NCBI GenBank assembly: GCA_030141605.1
Contig: JAQGDQ010000063.1
Span: 124,001-188,000, forward strand
Length of the DNA: 64,000 bases
Direction: 5' to 3'
Source: Tubiluchus corallicola
Taxonomy: Eukaryota > Animalia > Priapulida
The notes under the pieces were generated by a model, which did not search any database, was not told the DNA's origin, and saw only the letters and a program-made list of their open reading frames with translations. Of the stretch, positions 25,790-40,000 are shown one piece after another; the first letter of the stretch is position 1; every line of letters starts with the position of its first letter. A program made the translations under genes and the position numbers.

Positions 25790-26930
25790 TCTCTGTATAC
25801 AGTGACATTGTGCAGTACAGCTGAATAGCGCATTTCGGTACAGAAGAATAGTTGCACAATACAAATACATCGTAATAGTACAGCTCAGTACATTATAACA
25901 GTAATTCAGTGCATCATAACTTAATAGTAAATGAGTGCAACTGAATCGTAACATCATAACAATACTACTGATTGTTACAGCTGAATAGTAACACAGTACA
26001 ATAGAAAAATGCAGCTCTGTACTGTAAACAGTTGAACAGAGCACAGTACATATAGAGCTGAAAAATTCATTTCAGTACAGTTGAACAGAGCACAGTACAA
26101 TGCAGCTGAATAATACAGCTCAGTACAGTTGAACAGAGCACAGTACAATACAACTGAATAATACTGTTCATTACAGTTGAGTAGAGCACAGTACAATACA
26201 GCTGAATAATACAGCTCAGTACAGTTGAACGGAGCACAGTACAATACAACTGAATAAAACTGTTGTTACAGTTGAACAGAGCACAGTACATGTAGAGCTG
26301 AAAAATACAGCTCAGTACAGTTGAACAGAGCACTGTGCAATACGGGTGAATAATGCAGCTCAGTACAGCTGAAAGTAACACAGTACTAGGGCTGAGACGG
26401 TTAACCGTTTAACCGGCCGCTAATTGGCGTAACTGTTTGGAAAATCGCTAACCGTTACTTAGCCAAGTTTCCTACCTATCCGTATTAGTGAAACTTAGTA
26501 TCTTGTAGCTTACATAAAATTGTACTATTTACAACATCGTTTCAATTAATCTGGTTGCCTAAGAAGCATCTAAACCGTAAATTGCAGAAAGTTTTTCACT
26601 CGCGTATGTTACGAGGATGCCGCCATGTTGGACATTCTCACTGGCTCATACTAAATTTGAATCCCACCGCTAATTTGTGCAATCCATCTGTATTTGATAT
26701 GTTCTTATATGTATAGCGTCATCGGGAACGGTTAACCAACCGCAACTAATAACGGTTAAACGGTTAGTTAAAAAGCCTAACCATCTCAACTTTACGCAGT
26801 ACAATGCAGCTGAATAGTACACATAGTACTGCTGAACAGTAATATAGTACAGTTAAGCTATAAAGTAACTTAGGTTGTATTGTGCAGCATAGCAGCAATG
26901 CTGTGAAATGCAGCTAAACATAGCTGAACA
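25790..26930. repeat. cagtac-rich satellite, best-preserved unit 48 bp, interrupted by a MITE
   Basis: Unit cagtacagttgaacagagcacagtacaatgcagctgaataatacagct at 26073, 26121 and onward; degenerate at the edges. Confidence 0.9.
26387..26794. mobile_element. hAT-like MITE
   Basis: TIR tagggctgagacggtta / taaccatctcaacttta; subterminal cggttaaccg; 8-bp TSD cacagtac / cgcagtac. Confidence 0.85.
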
Positions 26931-27825
26931 GCAGTATGTTTCTTCAAAGCTTGTTTTTCCAGCCCCCCCCCAAATTTATCTTATCGCAGATAAGTTTTGG
27001 ATGGGATACAAAGTCTTTGATTTTGACTGAGCAGAAATTTTGTATCCTGCTAGTAATATTTGAGAAAGATATATCATTGAATTTGCTCTAATAATAGAAT
27101 ATCCAAATTCAGCTGTTAATCAGACTCAATTTTTCTTCTGCACGATATGTGATTCATTATGTAAGCTTTGTTTACATACTTTTTTTGTAAAATATCTATT
27201 TCTATAGCAGTTTGACAGTCTTTTGTTTTTAGCATACTTGTAAATTTTTTGGAAATTGTACTTCTTAACAAGCACCTGCGTCAGAGATGTTGCTACTATC
27301 ATTTAACATCTTGACATTTACCTGCTAGAAGTTAAGGTTTTATTACATAATTTTCAGAACCCACGCCAACTCTTTATATAGACGCAGCAAGTCACTGGGG
27401 CTGTATTTACCTGCAGACATACCCGATAATGCTGTTAAAAACTGCAGTTTTTATTCGTCTAGACTTGCTTATTTGTAAGCGAAACTCGTCGTTTAAATTA
27501 AGGTCTTGGTGTAGTTTAATTTGAAACTTGAGTTAACTGTCAAGCAACGGAAGCATATTCACAGACAAGAAATAAAAGTAGTATTTTGTCTCAGCTAACA
27601 GTTGTCAGTACATTATTATAGCGCTCAATACTTTATTTGATACCAAGGTAACTGCAGATTGTTTTACCAATATTCCTCCTGTCAGCTACAAATTTCGTTC
27701 ACAGTAAATATTACTTCATTTATTGGCATACTGCGAAATGACAACACTTTTTATTTGCATTTTGGTTTAGGACAATTTCCCTTGTAATTTAATTTAACTG
27801 GTTTTATTTTAGTACTCAATCACAT

Positions 27826-27855
27826 ATGCTGATGAGGAAAGTACCTGAAGGATGA
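27826..27855 (+). promoter_or_regulatory. uORF (MLMRKVPEG*) whose TGA overlaps the VKR ATG
   Basis: atgctgatgaggaaagtacctgaaggATGA read directly. Confidence 0.6.
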
Positions 27856-27948
27856 GGTCAGGGACCGCAGTGATGGTCGTACTACTGGTGTGTAGTGTAC
27901 CGTGCATCAGTGATGTAATACCACGCAAGTGTTTTAGAGAAAAGCCAG
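27852..27948 (+). CDS. VKR: VKR coding exon 1, signal peptide ([32 protein letters not shown])
   Basis: In-frame stop just upstream of the ATG; hydrophobic core; CAG|GTGCGT phase-1 donor fits exon 2; ttttag acceptor at 27812 implies an upstream UTR exon. Confidence 0.78.
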
Positions 27949-30900
27949 GTGCGTACAGCTTTCCTTGTTGTGTCTTCCTGCATGAGTACTTGTGTAGATA
28001 GTTGAAATATGTATTAAAGTTTTTACAAAATTGTTCGAATATCCGCTTAGGCTTGTCCATGATACAGATGGAGAGGAAAACAAAGAGTTGCAGTAGTCTG
28101 AATAATTATAGCAGTCCATATTTTGGATATCTGCTTGAAATTTCGTGATATTTTTATCGATTGTCATTACTTGTAATTATTATTTATAATATAGTTGGCT
28201 AAAACTCTCATGAAACAGCTCGATCTTTGTCACTTCTTGTTACCTATATTGTCAGCAGCTAGAACATCAAAATTAAATTTGATTGCATTCAGGTAACATT
28301 ATCTTGTCTAAATTTTAGTTTTTCTAAGTCTGACACAAATATAACGCGAACAGTCATTGACTGAGTAACCTCACTAACCTACTCTTTTTGTATATATTGT
28401 CTGTTAATTTTGTTTGCAACTCTGAGCCATTAGTTTTGTTTCATAACGCGCCTGTGACGCAACTTCACAGTTTACGATGTTCCATTATTGAAAACTCGGT
28501 CATTTTTCTCGAATTGACCGGTTCTCATCAATTTTGCATTAATTACGTAGACGCGTCTTGCTGCACTTGCATGCAAGTACTGGTGCCATTATTACAGTGC
28601 TTAATACTAATTCAAGCAATTTATTTTCTTTGCTATTTATTTAAAACGCAAGCTAATCAATACGAGTAAAAATAATGTACAATAAAAATTCCATCTCGGA
28701 ACGTCTCTTTCCCGTTTTTTGGAATATTTCTAAAAACGAGAGTTGAAAATTGAAATTTAGTGCAATTTTCATAATTTTTCAATTTTCACGTGTTTTAGAG
28801 CACCGTTCTTTTAAAAATGTGATTACTCACCCAGGATAATCAAATATCATTATTTATTTATTTATTAATTACTATAATTTTATATGTTATTAATTAAACC
28901 AAGGGATTTCTAACGATAGTAATGGGTTGGTCGGGATAATGACGTCCATCAAGTAACCGACGTCAAAGTTAAATATAGCCTCCCCGTTAGAAATTACAAG
29001 GTTGACCATGTCCGGGGTACATCCTTCCTTCCGCCTTTTCCGAAGTATCAGTTTCAGAAAGTTTGCTTAGAGCCCGCCATTACTGTGCGAAGTAGCATAA
29101 CCATGGTCTGTAGATCGTACACGTTGAACGAGAATGATCTGGNNNNNNNNNNNNNNNNNNNNNNNNNNNNNNNNNNNNNNNNNNNNNNNNNNNNNNNNNN
29201 NNNNNNNNNNNNNNNNNNNNNNNNNNNNNNNNNNNNNNNNNNNNNNNNNNNNNNNNNNNNNNNNNNNNNNNNNNNNNNNNNNNNNNNNNNNNNNNNNNNN
29301 NNNNNNNNNNNNNNNNNNNNNNNNNNNNNNNNNNNNNNNNNNNNNNNNNNNNNNNNNNNNNNNNNNNNNNNNNNNNNNNNNNNNNNNNNNNNNNNNNNNN
29401 NNNNNNNNNNNNNNNNNNNNNNNNNNNNNNNNNNNNNNNNNNNNNNNNNNNNNNNNNNNNNNNNNNNNNNNNNNNNNNNNNNNNNNNNNNNNNNNNNNNN
29501 NNNNNNNNNNNNNNNNNNNNNNNNNNNNNNNNNNNNNNNNNNNNNNNNNNNNNNNNNNNNNNNNNNNNNNNNNNNGCATACTGGAATTTGGAAACATATC
29601 CGAGACTTAGACAGGCTCCCATTTTACCATGTCGTAATTTTAAGCTTTTTAACCCTTGCAGAATATGGCGAAAGGCTTTTAACAAAAATTGAACATACGA
29701 TGTAAAAATTATAAAGTTTGAATACGTATAAATTCAGCTGTAGCGCTGTTGGCACGATGCCAAGGCGGGTGAATTTGTCAGAACTTACTGGGTCTGGTAG
29801 GTACAGTAGATCAGCGTCTCATTCACGCTCATAGATTTGTTTTCAGTAAATCTGGCAGCTTGCCAACGCTTTATGTTTCATGCCATGTTTTCGTTGCTTA
29901 GTTTCTGGTATGATTACATGCAGCAGCTACTACTGTTCTAAATGTTTTATGTTTCACTTAATTTTAATCTAGTCTCTCCTCAATGTTTTCTATTCAGTTC
30001 ATTAATTATGTAAATTAGGTCGATGGTATTAATTATTGCTGTTAAACTTCACTTCCGTTGTGCAAAAGAACAACAGCTTGTCTGACTGAGAAGAGCTCTT
30101 TTATTATCTCCTACGTGGATTGGTCTTCGAGACGAGTCCAATTAAGTACACTCTGAGAAAAGTGCACTTAATTTGTCGATATTCAGGTTTTCTCGTTTCT
30201 CATCTTAGAAGGCTGTCCAAGCGCTAAAGGTTGCAAATTATTTTTGCTTTTAAAAAGGATTACAACGACAAACAGCCTCGAAATCGTCAAGAAACATGTA
30301 CATTAAAAATAAGGAGTCGTTTTACTTCAGAAGTGTCGGGTAAATACCAAAAATTTGTTCAGAAACATATTTTGAGCAAGAACTCTCACATAACAAACTA
30401 TAATGGTTTAAATAATTGGCATAGAAAATTTTATGTTTAAAATTTTTTGTGGTGGAAATTGTGGCCTTTGCTGTAGCTACAAGATTGTTAGATGGGGGTC
30501 AGTTTACATTTCAATATAGTCTGTTATTTATGTTGAAACTTAGTTTTTAAAGATTTACTATGTTTTTACTCACAATGAAACGCATTATTCGGAATGTGCA
30601 ACTTCGTTACGCCATTTTGCAGCAATATCAACAATATTCGATGTCACAGAAACTCATTTCACGTGATTCTAATCAACTACTTGGTGAAACTGCCTGATTT
30701 AGGTCAACTTATTGTTAATGTTGAATGTGATAGACTGTGTGATTAAATGCGGTTCTTGTTCTTTTATAAGAATGAACTTCCATTTCATTTCTCATCATGA
30801 TTTACTCCCGAGTTACAAATGTCATACCAGCGTTTGTTAAAAGGAAGCCAACTCAACATCGGATGATGGGTGTGATTAGTAATATGGCGTGAATTGGGCC

Positions 30901-31024
30901 AGCATGAATTGGTTGACCTGTATTGTGGTAACCTGGCTAATTGATTTTGTGCAGTGAAATTCTGAACGAAGGCGTTGATGATACTGATAAGTTCATGCGT
31001 TAACTTTCTGTGCATATGTACTCA

Positions 31025-31077
<53 letters not shown>

Positions 31078-34000
31078 ACTTTGAAATAAGTGACTTAGGT
31101 TGGCTGAGAAGTTAAGCAGTGCGGTGCCTGTTCAGTAAATAGATAAGTGACTTCCGGGAAAGCGACTTCCGGAATTGACTAAGACATAACTCCTAGTTGT
31201 TAACTTCGTCTCAGAAACATGTCTTTGATAATGAGACAGGTATTGGTTCTGTCGCAGCCATTAGTATAGGTGCGTACAGTCACAATCGTTGAATTTTAGA
31301 TCCCTGTTTGCAGAATGCTGAGCTGTATTATATCGGGCGGCACAGAAGCTGTATCTGTTGTTGGAAAGACAAAAGGAGGAAAAAGACACTTATTTACCGT
31401 CGCTGACAACAGACAACATTGGCCATAAGCTACAATAAGCGACTCTTAACGAATACAACAACACTGATACGCCACAAATAAATAACACAGATAACAACTA
31501 TTTGCGCCAATGCAGGTGGTTTTGAGATTCGAATTCTGGCTGCAAGCAGAGAAGCACCCACAGCCCGTTACCTTAACCACTCAACCACCCGCAATATCAC
31601 TAAGAATCGTCTTCGACTAGTTTGCAGTGAAAATGGTGGACACATAGAGCGCTTGTTGTAAATTATAACACGAATGACAAAATGTTTTCCGGTATTTATT
31701 ATTTTTTTTAACTTGGTGTTTTAAAACTTTTGTGTCTTTGGAAAAACCTGAGGATGAGACCTAATTTTTGTTTTTGTTTTACGAATGCTATGTAACATCA
31801 GCGTGGTAATTTTCTAGCGATTCGTTTATTTTCTTCTTATAATATGGAGATCAAAACTTCGGCGCATTTGTTTTTATTTTATCAGCTTACTGGCAGTCGT
31901 TTGACTTGTGGTCGCCCATCCATCCCTTGTCAGCTAGTCCTTTGTCCGTGGTAAGCCTTTGACTGGTGGTTCAGCGTTGGCTGTTTGACCGCCCACCCAC
32001 TGCTTCATAGTGTTTCGATATTACCGTCATGTTTATTTATTTACATAAGAAATGGTCTTCTATTCCCTCGTTTTCTATTTTGGCATTTCTTCTTTAGAAC
32101 TTATTCTCTAGCGGATTTCATAACAGCAGCTAATCTTGTCGTTTTTCATTACACATTCACCATGGGAGGCGCACATCCAATTATTAAAATCCCGATAGTC
32201 CTAAATGACGTTTGATATTCTCTATGTAAAGCCAAGGCACCATTGCTAATGGCTGCATTGTATCTGAGTGATATATGCCGTGCGCAGTATCACATTCACG
32301 AATTTTTGTTCGTTTGTTCATTCATTTAGTCATTAAATTATTAATTCATTTATATCCTTTGTTATTTATTTAGTCGTTCGCTTAATCATGAATTTATTCA
32401 CTCTTTGCATTCATCTATGCATCATTTAGTCACAGTCGCTCATTTTGCTTCACACTCAGAGACAATAGATCAAAGGCTTAAGTGCTTTTTCTGCTTGTAA
32501 AAATTGGTACAAATTTACACTGGTTATGATATAGTTGGGGTTTAAAGGATTAATGGCACAGAGAACGGTAATCAGAAATCAAATCTGCGGATTACGTTTA
32601 GCAGAGTCTTTAATTGCAGTCAGGCTAAACACGCACTAGTATACCGTGACAGTGAATATAATGGGTTATTGAGTGACAAGTAGAAACTGAGAACGCTTGT
32701 TCAATGTTAAAGCTTATCAGCTGAATTTAAGTGCAGGGAAGTTGGGAGTTTATCCTTTGTTGCTCTACATTGGGCCTGACCCGTCTATGATGGTGAATCC
32801 TCTTATACTGACATTTTTGATAACTCTGACTTTTTCTAAGTTCTTTTAGTTGTAGTTTTTATTATTTGTTTCTTAAGTTTTTGACGCTGTTAAGATTTTC
32901 CCATGGAAATTGATAGAATTTTCCAACAAATATTACAGTAGTCTTGGTATAAATTTCGTTGTACGCCAGAACGAGAACGCATTGGAGACTAGTATGGGAT
33001 GCGGGAACTAGGAACTGAAAGCGTGTGATCTTGAGTCATGCGCCTTAGTTACAGCATATTGAATAGTTAATTTATTGCTGCAATATGCATTAAAAGCTAT
33101 GTAGTATAGAACATTTTATTTATAAAGGGCCCATGTTTTAGAGAGTAACGTATTCCACGAAAATATTGTTATACCCAAAGTATATCATGGTATCATGCAG
33201 AAATTAGCAAGACGGAATAATCGAATTGTATTGGTATCTTAGTCAAATTCTTATATCACTTTTTCAAGTAGTCGGAGAAAACGTTGGTACAAGCCTACAT
33301 TTTATTAAATTTTGATAACAAACTTGAAAGCGAGGAAATGAAGAAGATGGAATACCGCCAGGATTTAAATAAGATCTTTCTGGTCACAAGGAACACACCT
33401 TAGGCCACTAAGCTACTGTATTCCCAAATGATTAAGGCAGTCCAAAGTTGATCAAGACAAGCTGAGAAAACATTTGCGTGTAAAAATTTTGTCACTATCA
33501 ACGTTAGGTCTATTGCGGTTTGTGTAACTTGTCCCAGGAACAATAGAGAGTCCAAGCAAGCACAGTTTAACTAGTCAATCTAAGACATATTACAAGAACA
33601 AATTCACGGCTGTATTTTTTCAGAAAGAGTGACAAGTCTCACGTCAGGAAAATAAACAAGAGAATATTTTGTGAAACAAGCAAATAAATAAAGTTATTTT
33701 CATGTTGGCTATTAGGCTTCTCACTACCATTTTCAGAGCGTGTTTAATAAATTTTATTATATGAAAACTGTCTACACGGCAGTGACCGTGATGTGCGGTA
33801 CCTGCCAACGAGCTTGATCTACTTTCGATCTGTTCCTAGTTCAGCAATATTGCTAAATTCTCCAGTGAAATTGACGCAAGGAAAATTATCTGCAAATTTC
33901 CGTCCATCTTTTCACGATGAATTTCCTCTAAGATGAAAGTGTTATTATGTTTCCCATTTGTGAAGAAATCGAGTAAAAGTGTAATTGGGTCGAGAGTTTG

Positions 34001-37000
34001 GTTTTTCCCTCTCAAAACCGGATTAAATTTGCGATGGATTTGCTGGCAGAAGCTCAGGTTTTTGTACAACATGCACGTATTTGCTGTCGAGCTATTTTGT
34101 GTGACATGGCAGAAACAGCGATTGAGAATAACTAGATTTTTATAAATACTGTAACATAATGATTTAATCACGTAGATACTTGAAGTGTGCCGATCAAGAA
34201 TTTTTGAAACCGATCCGATCCGATACTTCGCTGTAACTTTTTCCCGATCACCCATAGATCAACAGAAAAATTTGTACTATTGACAGGGACTATAAATTAT
34301 TAATCAGAAACATATTAATTGTTAACATATTAAGAAACATAGGAATTGACATTAATATACCACAATAATTTGTTTCTTATTCTTATTCACCACTAGCGGC
34401 AGTTCTTGTCTATATCTATACCTTTTTACGTCTGATTAAACTTATGGTGTTGAATAAAGCCAACATTTTCCCCTATGTCTTTTTAGTTTCTAACATTTCG
34501 GAAACATTTGCAACAGATGACCAGAACGATCCTTTTACTGTATACACGTTTGTTGTCCGTTTCCTTTACAATCACATGACACAAATACGTGCAGGTACAA
34601 CATCTGTTCAAACACACGCATTCATGGCTGTTGTGGAACCGTCGATTTTTTGCAAAAAAAGAAACATGAAATGAAATTCTAGCGTACCTATTTACAACAT
34701 TAGCAATGCGCTTTATCATAAGGAAGAAAGTGTTTTGTAGCGCTAATGAAATTAAGTTTTGCTGCACGCGTATTCTACATTAAGTTTTGTAGGTGAAAGT
34801 CCGACTATCGATGCCAATCAGTCAACCGAGTTTTCCAATCCAATTTCGGTTCGATGCCGTTTGATCACCGATACTTAGTCGGTAAACCTTTAATTGATCC
34901 AATGTAGGCTATATTTATGGTTAGACTCAGCAGAGGGCTTCCTAAAATTTGTGATTAAAAAGAACAACCTTGAAAACGAACAATGCAAAGTCCTGTCTTT
35001 CCAAATCAGTTAAAGTTAGTGAAAAAGCAATTTTGCAATATCAGGTCTGATGATAACGACGACGTTCAGAGTTTGGATTGTGTAAAGCGGCTCAGGCAAA
35101 GCAAAATTCTAAAATTAAGACAGAAGCCATACATACTTTTCTTTCTGTATTTTAAGTAATCTTATTAGTGCTGACTGACAGCTGTGACTGAGACAAGTTC
35201 CGAGAACAGTCAATTTGCCAAATTTAGTTAGTTTATTCATATCATAGCATTGCAAAATGTTTGTGAACTGTAATGTACTTAGAGGATAGGCACTGAACCT
35301 GTTATTATTACACTCCTGGTATAACTTCAAGAGTAGTGTCGATGAATTATAGTATTATTATTCGACATTTTGGTTGGTTGAATTACAAAGCGTAGACCGC
35401 TGTGTTTATAGGAAAGAAAGAGTTGTTGTACATCATCTTAGTGTCAACTGCCAAATGTTGCCAACCACTCTAGTTTGTTTCAATTTTCAGTAAATCCTTT
35501 TGCCTTAATCTTCTCCTTTCAAGCGCCAAATATATTTTCCATAAAGTGCCAAGTTCCACTGTTTTGGGAACATAATTTAAAATTTTCATTTTTTTACAGA
35601 AGTATTTCCAAAGCGCTATCTCTACCTCGATGGTCAGACTTTGGACATCCGCCTGGAAGGAAGCGACCGCGTGTCTCAGACATTGACCAATCACATAACT
35701 AAGATCTTACTAGAAGAGGTACTAGGATATGCGAATGTCACTATCGTTAACGGCACAAACCCTATAAACCCACTGACTGCGATCAACCGAATACTCGGTT
35801 GCAAACCTAGAAGGTAGTTTTTAAGTTCTAATGATAACAGTTACTAGTGAATAAAAGTTGCCACGGTGTTGCCAGATCGCGTGGTAATTTTATTGGTAGT
35901 GTTGTATAAGTTATAAGTTCTATATTTGGTAACCACGTAAGGTCCTACAAGCAGATTAACAAGTGATTGGGAGTACTGTATATTGTCTTAAAAATACTGG
36001 TTGTCATGGGACAAGGGAGCGCAGGACACTCACTGCTGCAATGATATCATTTAATATTATAACAAATAAACAAAATTTTCAAGGAATACATCAATAGAGA
36101 AAAGGTGCAATTGAAATTTTAGTGATTACAGTGCACTTTTGTTCTACGTATTGCTGGCAAAATGCATCGGTAGATCCCAAATTTTAATGCAAATAATTAT
36201 AGAATGTTATAGCTGAATTTCTAAATTAACTTCTTAAACTTAAAATAATTTGTGGATATTTTTAGATGGTTTCCCTGTACTGCACATTTTACACAAATAA
36301 CAGGTAAATCAAAATGTGCAAAAGTGTATTGCTTGCAATCCGCTATATTAACAGCAGTCGTTTGTGTTGACTAGTGTGCGGATCTATCCATAATTACTTC
36401 TGCATCCAGTTTACCTAAAACTTCCCTTTCATTGGATAGCTGCATAATTATGATTCCAAGCTCTACTCAGGCAGCAAATTTCTCAGCCTTGTTTTTATGA
36501 TCTTTAACTTTGAAATTGCCTATAGCATATTGGACTTGAGAAGACAGAGGAACTGGTGGAAATAAAATAAAATTATGTACATAGTAAATGCACTGCAAGT
36601 TCAGCGATATAGCTTAAAAACTGCATGGGATTAAAATACATGGCATTTAGTGATTTTATGCATAATTTTACATGTTCTCATTTCACCAAGAACCAATTGG
36701 CCACTTGCCATCAGGAAGCTGATAACTGGTCAGTCTGCCACTGGACTGAAGTGAGAGTTTTTGTACAGGATTTACAAATCAAACGTGCAGGTCTGTAAAC
36801 TGAAATGTGACCTGCGATTCTAAAAAACCATTATTTTCAGTTGGTATTCTAACTTTAGTTTTTTTCACATTGTCAGATCTCAGTTTACTAATTACAGGTG
36901 ACTGTAACGTCAATTACATCTGATTTGACATATTGATGCTGATTGGTTCTCCACAATTACAAAATGGTCAGGACAGTCTGTCCCTCAAACAAAGTGGTGG

Positions 37001-40000
37001 TTAAACTGTTGACTACAGCAAGCACTTGAAACTACAAATTGGTTAATAAAGGCCAATGGTGGCTGTCTGAACAACTGACATTGATTTGTACAACTATTAT
37101 CTTGATTAGCAAAACACAATCAGTTTTTGTGCGAGGCCTTTAAATTACTAAATGATTTGTGTTCTAGACGTGAGGGTCGATGCCAGCCTTCACAGGCAAT
37201 GTTGGTACCAGACGCTATGGTTAATCTAGAGGCATGGCTAAGTTCTGGGTTTGGTCCGGTCCTCGATAGCTATGTGAAGTCTAAGCGTCTTATAGATTGG
37301 GGAGCACTTGGTCCATCTGGCAGGTATGACACAACTGGTTTCGACTTAGTGAATGTGCGAGAAAGAACGTTGTACTGTTGTTGTTTTACTAGTTACTAGT
37401 TACCTGTATATGCACAATTTACATTGTTGTTCGAAAGTTTTTGTGTGCAAGAGGTTTTAATGCAAAGTGTATCAGTGTCCGTAACGTTGAATTGCACTTG
37501 GTAACTCGCCAACATGGGTGTGGGTAACCCACATGAGTAAGAAAAACTGGGGTGTTTAATAACAGATTTCCTACAAATATGCCATAAATTAGTAGATTTG
37601 TCATTTGGGGATTTCTTTTGTTGTGCTCCTATTCAGAATTGTTCAAACATTATTCTAGATTAAGTGTATACAAATATTCTTTCACAAATAGAGTAGTGTC
37701 TGGAATGATCTTGATTATGACGTGGTTAATGTACCAAACATAGACAGTTTCAACGTCAGACTATCAAACTGCTCCGTTTTAATAATGGCCTGCTGCCATT
37801 ATTTTGTATAAAAAGTATTTTTATAAATGTTCTTAAATAAAATAATTAAAATAGATAAATATTGTATCACAGCATTTCATGTCTCACTGTGTCTCATCAT
37901 TAAATGAACTAATTAAGTCAATAAGAAAGAAGCAAAGACCACTTGTGCTGCCCGTATGCATAATCTTGCCTTCTGTAGTGCATTGCTCATGTTCAACACA
38001 ATGTAAAAGAGTTGCATTATATACACATTATGTATACACTAATTAATGTCAAAGTTTACAAATGTCTATAACGAAGACGAAACTGTATTCAAGTTCAACG
38101 TATTCAGGTTGTTTTGACAATTGATCCTGCATGTGGTATCATTGACGCATATAAATTTTTTAAAATAAAGCATTTTTTGGAAACTAGTGATGCTACTGAG
38201 TATACCTGTGCATGTAAATGACTATTTGTAGCTACGTTAATTTACAACTTTACATTATATTTATTACAGAGGCTTGAATCGCGTGTATAACAATAGAATA
38301 TAGCAGTTAATTCTGTATTAGTTTCTGTTTGAATTGAATTTCCATTCAGTGTTGCTATTTGGACTGAGATATTGTAAGGTTTTGCCATTTTTTTATATTG
38401 CAGTCATGTAGAATTGGATTTCTTGTAATAAATTTCTTTAGATTTGGTTGGTTTGCACTGACTACTGTTGTTGAACGGCTCTGGGCCAACTACGGTTTCA
38501 TTGTTGACCACTGGCGAGCATTGCAAATGGAAGCTGTTGCTAAACGCTTTGATTTGAACATCATGGATGAACCAGAACTGTTGAAGTATGTGAAGCGAAA
38601 AGTTGACATTTGCAGGAAAGGTCCATATCTGTGCAATGAGTACGGGATTTTATTGTCACCAAATTGCACTGGCAGTTCACCGTGTGCTACTTTATTAGTT
38701 GGTCACTCGGGTAAGTTAAGCTATGTATGTGAGTATCCTTAGTAAAAATCTATCCCTCAGCTCAATTTTTGAATCCTTGTGTAAATGATTTTAGGGTCAT
38801 ATACATGCATATTTATTCATGCATTGCATGAAAATCTGTGCAGTTTGGATTATTTCAGATTGTCTAAAAAGTGCAACATATAGTTTTTATGAAGAAATGG
38901 TGTATTAAATTATAAATATTTATTTGTTCTCTTTTTTGCTGTAAGCCTAGGAGCGAGCCTCTATATATCTGAAAAAATAGTAACTTTTTAGTCAGGCTGC
39001 TCAAAAAATAATCTTGTGTTTTGAGGTAAGGAAGACATATTTAATTTTTGCAGACACTGGTGCAGCCATTGTTGCAGAACAGGTCTACCAGCTACAGCTC
39101 AGGGTCAATGTGGCTTGGGTTGGTTCTAACCTGGAAGCCATTGTCAATAGTCGTTCTCTAGCAGGAGAAGCTACGCTGTTCTTTACAATGCAGCCAAGTA
39201 CTTTAACATCCAAGGCTAACTTTACTCGTATAGCATTTCCATACTGTGAAAGTGTGCTTCTGAGCAGTCATTCAGAATACTGTGATTTTGAAGTAAGTAT
39301 TTTTTGTTGAACTTTTTATTGTGCTTGCTAAGCTTTCTTAAGCATCAAAATTCAGAATGTTGTTATAAAAGTTGGACATAAGTGGGGGTAATAAACTAAT
39401 GAGAATGCTGGCATGTCATGTATGAAAACTTTTCCATTGGGCTGTAGAGAGCTGGTTGGCATAGTTTGGGAGAATTTCCTGCCATGATTGACTGATTTTG
39501 AGAGTGTTCTAGATATGAAATAATTTACAAGACGCAGGACTTTTTAAACCCCTTACCGAATAATTAATTCTCAGGGTTGTTTTATTTTCGTACGTTAAAG
39601 TAATATTTAAATGGTAACAAGCATCTATCTGTTTGCGTTTTTGTATCTAACATGTTAATAGCAGATGAATTTATCACACTAATATTTTCATTTAAATAGC
39701 TATTGCATTTTTAAGTATCTTAACTGATTTCTTAACTTAGCAAAGTAGTGCACTAGAACTGTTACCAAATGTGTTATTTGTTGCATGAAACATTGTTTGT
39801 TAGTTCTCACAGGGTACCAATTATCTTCAGGTCCATCAACTGAGCAAGGTGGGTTGGCCTGCTATACAGGCACATACCCCACAAGCTGCTCATCTTTTCC
39901 AACATCTTACTTTCACCAAGTACCAGTACCAGCAGTTGCTGCAGAACTATGACAGTCGGCAGAACTTTTGGCATACTGCCTGTCGTTGGCTGAAGCAGAA

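Noticed and set aside
25745-26381. Cys/Tyr-rich ORFs
   Set aside because: Translations of the 48-bp satellite
29067-29705. Long ORFs of 158-206 aa
   Set aside because: Artefacts of the N gap
33836-34890. 139-aa ORF and ccgat-rich blocks
   Set aside because: Look like degraded MITE subterminal motifs; no protein motif and no defined ends
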